Source: an uncultured virus (IMG/VR IMGVR_UViG_3300034946_000506)
Taxonomy: Duplodnaviria > Heunggongvirae > Uroviricota > Caudoviricetes
Length of the DNA stretch: 64,000 bases
Strand: one strand, 5' to 3'
IMG/VR virus record: IMGVR_UViG_3300034946_000506
The notes under the pieces are model-generated. The model saw only the letters and a list, made by a program, of their open reading frames with translations, did no database searches and was not told the origin of the DNA. This document shows positions 28,600-37,885 of this stretch, piece by piece. How positions within the stretch are numbered: position 1 is the first letter of the stretch; each line of letters begins with the position of its first letter. The position numbers and the translations under genes are program-made.

Positions 28600-29229
28600 T
28601 TAAAAATTTAAAGTTAAATTAATTGCAGCTGAATCCATAAATGCACCTGATCTTACTCCGTCCATAACCATTAATCCAATTGTTAGATTTTCTGTTACAG
28701 GCTTTGCAATCATTAACATTACATGAGACATTTCAGTTTGTCCAATTTTATTTTCTGCATATCCAACTGATACATTAGCAGCTTTGATAAATGTTAATGC
28801 TTGTAATACTTCTAAATAACTTAGATGCTCATCAACAGTATTACGGTAATATTTCAAACTTGTATTTTTCCAAGACGCTCCAATATAGACTTCTTCGAAA
28901 GGTTCATAATCGTCTCCATCGAAGTTATATTGAATAACACCCAAGTCTATACTCATATCGTCAGTCAAATCCGTGGTGTAACCAGCGTAAAAATCATATT
29001 CAACATTAGCAGTATCATCATAATCTACTTCACTTGCCCATGCTCCTGCATAAAAACCTGATTCATGATTATAGTCTACACCTGCTGCTACTGCAACATT
29101 TCCCGCATTTTGTGACATGCCTCTCCAAAAATAATCTGAAGCGACTGAAACATTATACGAAGTATCTGCTTGAGTAGTAAACGATGTTACTAATAAAAAA
29201 GAACATAAAAAAGCTTTTATGCAATTCAC
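28600..29229 (-). CDS. TorF/TIGR02001-like outer-membrane beta-barrel protein
   Basis: Signal peptide; SDYFWRGMSQ, GFYAGAWAS, EYDFYAGY; C-terminal Phe; probable GTG start. Confidence 0.8.
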   Translation of the reverse strand: MNCIKAFLCSFLLVTSFTTQADTSYNVSVASDYFWRGMSQNAGNVAVAAGVDYNHESGFYAGAWASEVDYDDTANVEYDFYAGYTTDLTDDMSIDLGVIQYNFDGDDYEPFEEVYIGASWKNTSLKYYRNTVDEHLSYLEVLQALTFIKAANVSVGYAENKIGQTEMSHVMLMIAKPVTENLTIGLMVMDGVRSGAFMDSAAINLTLNF

Positions 29230-29393
29230 TATGCTTCTCCCTTTACTAGAGTATATATACCCCATGCCAAACCTGCCCAAGCTAATAGTTTAGCAATACC
29301 ACCAAACAATACAACCGAGCCACATACCACGATAAGTGATACTCCATCTAAAGATGTTCTTTCACTAACTCTATCTTTAATCCAATCTAACAT
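29229..29393 (-). CDS. Small two-TM membrane protein
   Basis: Manual translation MLDWIKDRVSERTSLDGVSLIVVCGSVVLFGGIAKLLAWAGLAWGIYTLVKGEA; SD AGGAG. Confidence 0.7.
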   Translation of the reverse strand: MLDWIKDRVSERTSLDGVSLIVVCGSVVLFGGIAKLLAWAGLAWGIYTLVKGEA

Positions 29394-29402
29394 ATTTTTC
29401 TC

Positions 29403-30812
29403 CTATACTTTGAATTCCGCAAACGTATCTTTACTTTCTCTATCTCCCCACGTTGCGATTGGTTTATCGGGGATACTCATATCTGACATTATATCAGATT
29501 GAGCAGATTCTTCTACATCATACAACTTCATTCTTGCTCTATCAATACCAATAACAAACCGTTTGTATTTGGTTGGATCATTATAACGATTCTTAAGTTG
29601 TTTGACCATAAGTTGATTTAGTTCATCTAATTCTTCTGTTGCAATAAGTGCAAACATTAAATCAGCAGTAGCAGGCAATCCAAAAGATTCAGAAGTATCT
29701 TCTAGACCTACATCAGTATTACTAAAGCCTGATCTTGTTGTTTGAGTTGCTGTCATAATTGGAACATTAAACTCAATTGCTAAACCACGTAATTCTTCGG
29801 CTATAGCTTTTATGTAAGTATAACTATTTATACTACCACCCATGGCTTTCATACGAGAAGATGAACATATATTCAAGTAATCTATGTATATAATATGAGG
29901 TTCAAACTTCTTCTTAAGCTTTAATTCATTTAATAATGCTCTGAAATGACCGGAATGAGCAGCACCAGTAGGATACTCTTTAATGAGTAACTTACCAATA
30001 GTACCCTTTGCTATCTTTTGAATCTTTTCAGAAAATACATCTTTAGGTAATGATTCTAATTGCTGAATTGGTAAGTCCATTAGGTTAGCATCAATACGTT
30101 CAGCAATTCTTTCTTCAGCCATTTCCATTGTAATATATAAAACATTCTTACCTTGCTGTAATACTGCTGCTGCGTTGTGACACATAAACAAAGATTTACC
30201 AACACCGGTACCAGCCAAACAAACATTAAGAGTCTTGTTTGGAATACCGCCCTTAGTAATCTTATTAAAGTAATCAAGATCCCAAGGTATTCTTTCTTCA
30301 GTTTTATTATAAAAGTCAAAACGAGAATCCGAATCATCAATATAATCATGACCAATTGCTTGATCAAATGAAACACCAAGGGCTGTCGACAAAATCTCAG
30401 GTATTGCACCTTCGCTTTTTTCATCGTCTTTACCATCAATGATACCAATTGATTCCATAATAGCAATATAGACTGCTCGATCTTTGCACCATTTTTCAGT
30501 TTCGTTAATAAGATACTCAGTATCCAAATCAGTTTGTGTATTGATTTCATTAATCAACATTGCTGATTTATTAAGTACATCATCTGGAGCATTAACTTTT
30601 TGTAGCTCTATATCCAATACTCTACCAGTTGGTAGTTTATTATGTGTAGATACAAAATCTACAATAAGATCGAATACTACTTTGTGACAACCTTCAAAAT
30701 AAGCTTTTTGAAGATATGGTATTACGCGTCTGCAGTATTCGTCGTTATTAAGTAGATGACTTAGTATGTGTGTCGGTATTTCGTTCTGCAATTGATGTAG
30801 TCCCTTGTTCAA
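29403..30812 (-). CDS. 41: Replicative DnaB-like helicase gp41 (true start may be TTG near 30791)
   Basis: AGTGVGKS, TMEMAEE, IDYLNI, ATQTTR, SESFGLPATAD, KQLKNRY. Confidence 0.95.
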   Translation of the reverse strand: MNKGLHQLQNEIPTHILSHLLNNDEYCRRVIPYLQKAYFEGCHKVVFDLIVDFVSTHNKLPTGRVLDIELQKVNAPDDVLNKSAMLINEINTQTDLDTEYLINETEKWCKDRAVYIAIMESIGIIDGKDDEKSEGAIPEILSTALGVSFDQAIGHDYIDDSDSRFDFYNKTEERIPWDLDYFNKITKGGIPNKTLNVCLAGTGVGKSLFMCHNAAAVLQQGKNVLYITMEMAEERIAERIDANLMDLPIQQLESLPKDVFSEKIQKIAKGTIGKLLIKEYPTGAAHSGHFRALLNELKLKKKFEPHIIYIDYLNICSSSRMKAMGGSINSYTYIKAIAEELRGLAIEFNVPIMTATQTTRSGFSNTDVGLEDTSESFGLPATADLMFALIATEELDELNQLMVKQLKNRYNDPTKYKRFVIGIDRARMKLYDVEESAQSDIMSDMSIPDKPIATWGDRESKDTFAEFKV

Positions 30813-31062
30813 TAATATGTGTTAATAAATCGCCCAGATAATTGTTAAATTTCTCATCATTTCTTAATGTATCATGATCAAAATCACCTGGATCATTTAT
30901 ATTATACGTAAACGTCAATGTTGCTAAATCTAGTTCAGCTGATTCTTTAATAGAAACTGTACCATAAATAAATCTTACACCGTTATAAGGTGAATTTTCA
31001 TTTAAATGTATAGCATAAAAATCTGATTCAGGATGCTCAACTGTCGTAAAATGACTGTCCAT
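30748..31062 (-). CDS. Hypothetical protein in the gp40 position (between uvsX and 41)
   Basis: Synteny with T4 uvsX-40-41. Confidence 0.6.
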   Translation of the reverse strand: MDSHFTTVEHPESDFYAIHLNENSPYNGVRFIYGTVSIKESAELDLATLTFTYNINDPGDFDHDTLRNDEKFNNYLGDLLTHIIEQGTTSIAERNTDTHTKSST

Positions 31063-32114
31063 TAGTCTGTATACTCTATTTCAGGATCAAAATCAATTAA
31101 AGACTTATGACCAATTTGATATTGTTTAATTAAGAAATCTTTAAACTTTTGTGTTTTAAGAATTGGTTCCCAAAATGCATCTTCCTTAGTATCTTTTTCT
31201 CTTACTTTAGGTTCAACAATTTCTCCAGTTTCTTGATCAACTCTACAGTACCAACCATTACTAGGTTTAAACACAAAGCCGCCGGCGATAGCAATATCAA
31301 GAAGACCACTGTTACGTTCAACACCACCATCCCAAGAAACCGATACGGGAATCTTAGATTTTTCTTTAACCATTCGTGACTTTTCAACGTTGATAACAAA
31401 ATCATAACCTGTAACTTCCATACCTTTCTTATTCTGCCTGCGACCTAGAATCCAGATATTATCGGCTGAATAATAAATACCAGTACCACCTGAAACTACA
31501 GCTTTAGGGAATAATCCCATTTCTTGATATGTATGATTGACTGCCAGTAAAGACACATCTTTCATAGTTAAGTAAGGTGTTACCATACGGAATAAACCTT
31601 TAATAGCTTTAGCACGAGACATATCAGCAACTGATTTCTCATTTAATGCATCTTCCAATTCTTTCTTAGAAGCAAGGTTACCAATAGAATCAATTACAAT
31701 AATAACATGGTCTTTACGATCAATATTATCCAATTGACCAACTAAATCAAACTTAAGCTGTTCAACATCAGTAATTGGTGTATGAAGTACTCGAGTGGTA
31801 TCAATACCAAATGCTTCAAAGTATGATTGTGGCGAACCAAATTCAGAATCATAAAACAACATAACAGCATCTTTATGTTCTTTCATATAAGATGAAGCCA
31901 TCAATAAAGCAAATGATGTTTTAAAATGCTTTGAAGGGCCTGCTAATACAGTCAAACCAGAAGTTAATCCACCATCCATATCACCTGATAGAGCAACATT
32001 TATCATTGGTACTTCTGTTTTTACCATTGTCTTTTGGCCAAAGTATATACTATCTGATAATATATCAGTAGTTGATATCTTTGAGTTCTTTTTAAGTTTA
32101 TCCATTATACTCAT
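31062..32114 (-). CDS. uvsX: RecA-like recombinase UvsX
   Basis: [38 protein letters not shown]. Confidence 0.95.
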   Translation of the reverse strand: MSIMDKLKKNSKISTTDILSDSIYFGQKTMVKTEVPMINVALSGDMDGGLTSGLTVLAGPSKHFKTSFALLMASSYMKEHKDAVMLFYDSEFGSPQSYFEAFGIDTTRVLHTPITDVEQLKFDLVGQLDNIDRKDHVIIVIDSIGNLASKKELEDALNEKSVADMSRAKAIKGLFRMVTPYLTMKDVSLLAVNHTYQEMGLFPKAVVSGGTGIYYSADNIWILGRRQNKKGMEVTGYDFVINVEKSRMVKEKSKIPVSVSWDGGVERNSGLLDIAIAGGFVFKPSNGWYCRVDQETGEIVEPKVREKDTKEDAFWEPILKTQKFKDFLIKQYQIGHKSLIDFDPEIEYTD

Positions 32115-32383
32115 CGTACTTTTCTCCTGCCGAATTGTGTTTGCTGTGTAGAGCCTACTTCTCTTTTATGTCTAGCGATAGCCTCGGCCTTTTTACGCTT
32201 ACGCTTAGCAGTTGGTTTTTCATAATATTCTTTCTTACGAATATCTTGTAATATTCCAGCAGCTTCTACTGCTTTTTTAAATTTCCTTAAAGCTACATCA
32301 AACGGCATGTCCTGTTGTGGACGTTGGTTCTTCTTACCTTTTCGGAACTTTTGGGGTGGGGCTGTTAAATTAATACTTGGCAT
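32111..32383 (-). CDS. rpsU: Ribosomal protein bS21 homolog
   Basis: [11 protein letters not shown]...[23 protein letters not shown]. Confidence 0.9.
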   Translation of the reverse strand: MPSINLTAPPQKFRKGKKNQRPQQDMPFDVALRKFKKAVEAAGILQDIRKKEYYEKPTAKRKRKKAEAIARHKREVGSTQQTQFGRRKVR

Positions 32384-32415
32384 ATTTCCTCTTCTATTTT
32401 AATGTTGATGTATAT

Positions 32416-32444
32416 ATTATAACATAAATTCAGTCAATTGTAAA
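32416..32444 (-). promoter_or_regulatory. Sigma70-type early promoter for bS21-uvsX
   Basis: TTTACA-N17-TATAAT. Confidence 0.78.
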
Positions 32445-33607
32445 CAGTTTTTTTCATATTCATAGGTTTTTTTCTTATTATCTTGAACCATGAAATTTGT
32501 ATCGACTTTATCTAATCTACCTTCTAGGTACTTTTTAACCATTCGAGCGGGATGCTCGGCAGTTGTCACTGGTACGTTTTGACACATATGATTAAGAGAT
32601 CTTTTAGGATTTAAAAGTTGATAATCACTAGGTAGTTTCATTAGTGATAATGATTCTCTTACGGTTAAAAATCTGTCTTCATCAGGATGAGTTAGATTAG
32701 TTGGCATATGTCCTACAAATGCTCCAATCTTATCTTTAGGAATTTCTATTCCCTTTCTCATAATATTGCCACCGGCTTTAAGCTTATGGTATTGTCTATC
32801 ACATTTATTTGCAACAGTGTCATATCCACGTTCTCGCATCCATCTAGCAACTTCTTTGTAATTTGTTCTTTCTTCAATATAATCTTGTAGACCTGTTGAT
32901 TTTTTAATCTTAGCTGAGAATTCTGAATGAGTAATCCCGCCTTCAAGTTCTTCTAGAATATACTTATAATATGGTTCATCTGATGGCTTACCTTCTTTAC
33001 ATAATATATTGCTCATAGGATCATCTTTATTATATTTAACTGCTCGAATATCATCGGCAATATTTGATGGTGCCACTTCAATATATTCAAATAATGGAAC
33101 TGAATCTCCTTTCCAAAAGAAGTAAAAAGTACGGTCTCTAACTTGACTTAATCCATGTAATAATGATTTTGTTTTAAATATACTGAATGTATATCCATTA
33201 GCCTCGGCAATTTTTCGCAGTCTACGTACTACTGGTTCACCCATTTTTGAAGCTAATCTTGGAGCATTCTCACCCCAAAAGACTTTTGGTTGAACTTCAG
33301 ATAAAACATACTCTGCTGATTTTACCATCCAATCATTTGCTGGGTTATTACTCGATGCCTGTGGACTTAATGAGCTTAGCCCAGCACATGGACATATAGT
33401 ATTAACAACGTCAACTTGACCATTGTGTTTATCGCCTTGAGATAAATTTAAATAAGGAACTTCATAATTATAATAATTTTGTAAGTGTTCTTCATTTGCT
33501 TGAAAACCATCGAATGTTAAAAAATATTCTGGTCTTGTTTTAAAAATATTTTCCATTGCGATTGTTTCTCCACCAATCAATGGAACGATACTTGCCCATG
33601 TAGTCAT
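32417..33607 (-). CDS. C5 cytosine methyltransferase-fold protein with atypical SAM-binding motifs
   Basis: Motif IV CPCAGLS, VI ENA, VIII QVRDR, IX RFLTVRE, X-like CQNVP; motif I reads VPLIGG rather than FxGxGG. Confidence 0.8.
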   Translation of the reverse strand: MTTWASIVPLIGGETIAMENIFKTRPEYFLTFDGFQANEEHLQNYYNYEVPYLNLSQGDKHNGQVDVVNTICPCAGLSSLSPQASSNNPANDWMVKSAEYVLSEVQPKVFWGENAPRLASKMGEPVVRRLRKIAEANGYTFSIFKTKSLLHGLSQVRDRTFYFFWKGDSVPLFEYIEVAPSNIADDIRAVKYNKDDPMSNILCKEGKPSDEPYYKYILEELEGGITHSEFSAKIKKSTGLQDYIEERTNYKEVARWMRERGYDTVANKCDRQYHKLKAGGNIMRKGIEIPKDKIGAFVGHMPTNLTHPDEDRFLTVRESLSLMKLPSDYQLLNPKRSLNHMCQNVPVTTAEHPARMVKKYLEGRLDKVDTNFMVQDNKKKTYEYEKNCLQLTEFML

Positions 33608-33608
33608 A

Positions 33609-34589
33609 TTAAAAAAATTCCTCGAGTGTATTAGTTTGTTCTATACCATTCCAATGCGGATAGTATTCTCTGGATAAATGTATTGATTGTGGTTTTTCCA
33701 TAAATTTAAAATCAAGTTCTTTATCTTTGTTCAACAGATAATTAGTCCATCTAATCAATCCATATTCTTTTTCAATATAGTCATTAAATCGATTACGTGC
33801 ATCTGTTCTTTCTTTCCATGAACCATAAAAGGGTTTACCTTTATAATATCCAGATTGCGGTATTTTCCTTGATTCATCTTCTATAGGAAGCAATTCATAA
33901 ATTTTAGCATTATACTTTTTAGCTTCCGTTATATATCTATCAGCCAATTCTTCTATACTTATTCCAAGTCTAATAGCATGGTGTCTTATATCAATATTAC
34001 CAAAATAACATTCAAGTTCATCGTAATCATGTTTAATAAAAGTATCAAAGCCTTCATTCAAGGCGCCATTAAGAGTTTTAAATGGAATGCTATTTACAGT
34101 CCAACCCGGACGATACATACAAATAGAATGACTATCTCCAATCACTAATTTACGCGTAGGGTTAATAACATCAACTCTAATTGCTGTGTTATACATTCTT
34201 TCAAGATTTACTAAATCTACATCATTCCATTCTGGTTGTACTTCTTTTTTGGCTGATGCTAATTTATCTTTTATCATAGTGTGATACTCTGGAAAATCAA
34301 TTCCAATGGAGTATACTTGGCCTTTAAACTTAGAAAAGTTTACTGTGTTCTTTACATACGGAAACCCATAAACACCACCAAACATATTAAGACCACCACT
34401 AAAATCGCTTCCATGATATACCCAAAGATTATCATATTCATTATGGTCTTCTATTTGCCCACCGTAATTAACATCGCAATTACCGTACTTTTGCTTTACT
34501 TCATCTCCATATATAACACCTTGAGCTCCTCTATGAGAAGCTGCTCGTTTAGCTACAGGAATAAATGGACAATTCAATATGTTTTTCAT
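33609..34589 (-). CDS. Hypothetical protein: BGT-like N-terminal domain plus SGNH/GDSL-like C-terminal domain
   Basis: IGDSH, FGNID, SIHLS blocks; the N-terminus recalls T4 beta-glucosyltransferase. Confidence 0.55.
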   Translation of the reverse strand: MKNILNCPFIPVAKRAASHRGAQGVIYGDEVKQKYGNCDVNYGGQIEDHNEYDNLWVYHGSDFSGGLNMFGGVYGFPYVKNTVNFSKFKGQVYSIGIDFPEYHTMIKDKLASAKKEVQPEWNDVDLVNLERMYNTAIRVDVINPTRKLVIGDSHSICMYRPGWTVNSIPFKTLNGALNEGFDTFIKHDYDELECYFGNIDIRHHAIRLGISIEELADRYITEAKKYNAKIYELLPIEDESRKIPQSGYYKGKPFYGSWKERTDARNRFNDYIEKEYGLIRWTNYLLNKDKELDFKFMEKPQSIHLSREYYPHWNGIEQTNTLEEFF

Positions 34590-35644
34590 AGAAAAAATTC
34601 TTCTATAGAGGATGGTTCTGTTTGTAAACTTTCTACGATTGAAGTGACATCAACCTTTGCTATTTGTCTTTTTTCAATTCTAGATGGATTTTGTTGCATA
34701 TCACAATATACTCCATACTGGCATAACGCAACTTCTGCAGTATAACATGTTAATTCGTTTTGAGCAAATGAATATACATCAATACCATCTACTTTAATAT
34801 TATGCCAATAATCATTAAAATGCATTTTACCAAATAACTTTTCTTGATTTTCTCTAACCCAAACAACCTGATTTCCAGGCGAACATTCTTTATTAGTTAG
34901 AGTTGGAAATAACATTTTAAGCGTGTGTTGACATCCTGGTCCAGGTAAAACAAATGGTTCATCATGAGTAAATGCCATAGATGGATTAGTCGATTGGTCA
35001 GTTGCTCCATGATATCCGTAGTAAGGACCAATACCTTCTTTAGAAAGTAATACACCAGCGCACTCTTTTAAAGTTTTAGCATTAAGTATCTTATCAACCG
35101 TTCCATCTTTAATCCAACCTGCTAGCCATGCAATCATATTAACAGAATGAGTATCAAATCCAAATTCCTGTTTAGCATATTTATTTGATGCACCCATTAA
35201 AGATGTATGTAACTCAGTCCTAGACCAAATAGAATATCCAAGAGATCTAGCTCTATCTAAATTAGATTTAATCTGACCTACATATTCTGGATCAATTAAT
35301 GCTCGTTCAAAATCTGTATACGCTTTCTTAGGGTCTAATTCTGCGTTAAGAACTCTATGGCAGTCTCTACCTCCATAAAAGTGAGTAATTACAAAGTTAA
35401 GTGCACGATTTACATCTGATATATTTTTGTTTGTTGATATATTTTCTGCTATATATCGTAATCGATCATCCATAGTTACATTGGGGCCAAAGTATTCTGT
35501 GTTCCATTGTATAGCTGGATCAGCACCATTAAAGAAGTCAGTCAATCCTGCACGGTAATCAAAGCCTTCAATAACACGCTTCCAAAAATAAGATATATCA
35601 TCTGCTACGCTTTGATCAACATATTTCCATAAATTAGTAGCCAA
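34586..35644 (-). CDS. aGPT-PPase1 / amino acid:DNA transferase-like DNA base hypermodification enzyme
   Basis: DPAI..EYF.PN...DDR, GIGPYYGY...D, PGPG...L..LF, EVALCQY..Y pattern. Confidence 0.7.
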   Translation of the reverse strand: MATNLWKYVDQSVADDISYFWKRVIEGFDYRAGLTDFFNGADPAIQWNTEYFGPNVTMDDRLRYIAENISTNKNISDVNRALNFVITHFYGGRDCHRVLNAELDPKKAYTDFERALIDPEYVGQIKSNLDRARSLGYSIWSRTELHTSLMGASNKYAKQEFGFDTHSVNMIAWLAGWIKDGTVDKILNAKTLKECAGVLLSKEGIGPYYGYHGATDQSTNPSMAFTHDEPFVLPGPGCQHTLKMLFPTLTNKECSPGNQVVWVRENQEKLFGKMHFNDYWHNIKVDGIDVYSFAQNELTCYTAEVALCQYGVYCDMQQNPSRIEKRQIAKVDVTSIVESLQTEPSSIEEFFL

Positions 35645-36026
35645 TTAAATCTTCACCTTCTCTTATCATATGTATAATTTGTAAATTGGGATGTGCTTCT
35701 CTAATAGCCTCTATTTGAATAGGATCATCTTCAAAGTGTAATCCTATTTCGTATCCTTTTTCTTTTAAATCCCAAATTGTTTGAGCCTTATGATATCCAG
35801 ACGATAAACGAGAATATCTAGAATCTTCTCGTGTTAATGGATTCATAAGCACTCTATTATATATGCCTCTAGAATGTAACATTTCGGTAGTTTCTTCTCT
35901 TTGCTCAAAGGAGCGGCCCGTGATGATAATATCTTCTTCACAAGGCCTAACTCCTGTAAAATCTTCACCAAAATAAATTACACCATCAATATCAAATGTG
36001 TTAATTTTAGGCATAGTCATTTTCAC
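35634..36026 (-). CDS. Capless HAD phosphatase (candidate inositol monophosphatase)
   Basis: FDIDGV, ITGR, K, HFEDD; overlaps the inositol-phosphate synthase stop. Confidence 0.8.
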   Translation of the reverse strand: MKMTMPKINTFDIDGVIYFGEDFTGVRPCEEDIIITGRSFEQREETTEMLHSRGIYNRVLMNPLTREDSRYSRLSSGYHKAQTIWDLKEKGYEIGLHFEDDPIQIEAIREAHPNLQIIHMIREGEDLIGY

Positions 36027-37287
36027 CTGATTGGAATGTATAAGTTAAGTCTTCAACTTTTGGCTTATTTTCTTTAAGTTGAGGGCGTGTAATATCAGTC
36101 AAAACTCTACGAGCTAAAGCATCGCATTCGAACTTAGCATCTGCAGTTTTAAGCTGTTGTGGTGGAGTCTTTTGAGACCATGCTGATGGACCACGAAGGT
36201 AACCAACAAGACCCATTTCAGAAGCAACTTTACAGAATCTAATAGCATCATAAACAATACCAGCACTATTTGGAGAATCTTGAACAGATAAACGAGCAGT
36301 AAGTTCATAACGTGCTCCTGCCCAACCCCAGAATACCATATCAATGTTAGCAATCTTGTTATCAGAACCAATATACTTATCGCCTGGTTTTTGGAAAACT
36401 GTAAGTGATGGCCCTGCATACATTGTAAGGCCAGCAATATCTTTACCACGTACAACTGCTTGACCATTCAATACGTTTTCTTTAGAGATATGCTTATTCT
36501 TTAAGCGATCTTTAGTAGCCATATTTAAGAAATCAGTATTAGCAGTACGACCTGTTCTACGCATATCGCCTTGAGTTGCTCCACAAGCTTTATTTTCTTG
36601 AATGTGCTGAGTTACTAATAAACCAGAATCCATAATAGACCCTTGAAGAACTTCAGATAAACGTGATGCTCCATAATCAGAACGCATATCAGAACCAACG
36701 ATTGTTACACCATTTTCAATAGCAAGTTCTTCTAATTCCATAGCATCTTTAGTAGAAATATAAGTTGGCATGCAATTAACAATATGCACTCCAGCTCGAA
36801 TAGCATTTTCAATATGCCATCTTGCTGCTTCTTCTGAACCTACTGGCATATAATTAAGTAAAACATCAACTTTACGATTTTTAAGAATCTCACGGTATTT
36901 AGCTGCTGAGATTGGAGTTGTTTCTGTATCTTCTAAAAACGAAATGTTCTCATCTAAATCATGCATGTGTGGTGCAATGCCATCAAGTGTTGGTGATCTA
37001 TACACAGTAGACTCGTTAGCAATACAGCTCATATCATGACCTGGAGGAAATACTTCCATGTTACAATTTGGTTTAGCATAGATTGCTTTATTTAATCGTT
37101 GACCAACTTTACGTGAATCAACATCAAAGCCAACTACAAAGTTAAAGTTTGGAGATGAATATCCACCAATGTCTTCAAACATTAGACCAATTGTATCTTC
37201 TGGATTTTCGTTATAGTATTGAACACCCTGAACGAGTGCTGATGAACAGTTGCCGACGCCGGCGATTGCGATATTAATTTTAGACAT
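36007..37287 (-). CDS. ino1: Myo-inositol-1-phosphate synthase (NAD-dependent)
   Basis: IAGVGNCSSALVQG, FDVDSRKVG, DVLLNYMPVGS, NTDFLNM, SK, DNK, DSPNSAG. Confidence 0.9.
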   Translation of the reverse strand: MSKINIAIAGVGNCSSALVQGVQYYNENPEDTIGLMFEDIGGYSSPNFNFVVGFDVDSRKVGQRLNKAIYAKPNCNMEVFPPGHDMSCIANESTVYRSPTLDGIAPHMHDLDENISFLEDTETTPISAAKYREILKNRKVDVLLNYMPVGSEEAARWHIENAIRAGVHIVNCMPTYISTKDAMELEELAIENGVTIVGSDMRSDYGASRLSEVLQGSIMDSGLLVTQHIQENKACGATQGDMRRTGRTANTDFLNMATKDRLKNKHISKENVLNGQAVVRGKDIAGLTMYAGPSLTVFQKPGDKYIGSDNKIANIDMVFWGWAGARYELTARLSVQDSPNSAGIVYDAIRFCKVASEMGLVGYLRGPSAWSQKTPPQQLKTADAKFECDALARRVLTDITRPQLKENKPKVEDLTYTFQSGENDYA

Positions 37288-37385
37288 AATTTTCTCCTTT
37301 ATATCAGTTTATTATAGTGAGTATTTGACTGGATTAAGAGTAGCTCACTTATAGTAGTTATAGTAGTTTTAATTCTAGTTTGCAC

Positions 37386-37694
37386 TTAAGTGTAAATAGT
37401 TGTGACCAAATTCTTAATTAAGAACATTAGTCCAACTCCATTTAAAAGAATCAGTGCACGATCCTTCCATATAATAGAAACCCACAACCATAGCATAATG
37501 CCTATTGCAGATAATCCTAAATCAAACATTTGCAATCCGTCAATGCCTCTTAGAGACATTGCACTAAGTACAAATATAGAAGCTACCCATTTAATATACC
37601 AATCTAAAGTATACTTAGGAGTAGCACTCTTAAAAATTCTTTTACTGTTCTTTAATTCTTTTGGATCAAAGTCTGCCATAATACTATTCATCAT
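37386..37694 (-). CDS. Three-TM membrane protein
   Basis: DWYIKWVAS...WKDRALILLN hydrophobic helices. Confidence 0.75.
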   Translation of the reverse strand: MMNSIMADFDPKELKNSKRIFKSATPKYTLDWYIKWVASIFVLSAMSLRGIDGLQMFDLGLSAIGIMLWLWVSIIWKDRALILLNGVGLMFLIKNLVTTIYT

Positions 37695-37884
37695 CTGTTA
37701 TCTTATGTTTATTTTTGCGCTGATATTTTGTCTTATCAGCATGTGTAGAAGGCTTATGGAGTTTGTCCATGTTCTTCTTAACTGGATTTTTTTTACCAAA
37801 TATAGTATCCCAGTTATCTCTACCCTGTTTAGATAAAGCCTTAGACTGTATACTATCACCAGTAATGTCATTCTTAGTAGCCAT
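37684..37884 (-). CDS. Small basic hypothetical protein
   Basis: MATKNDITGDSIQSK...NWDTIFGK. Confidence 0.65.
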   Translation of the reverse strand: MATKNDITGDSIQSKALSKQGRDNWDTIFGKKNPVKKNMDKLHKPSTHADKTKYQRKNKHKITDDE

Positions 37885-37885
37885 G

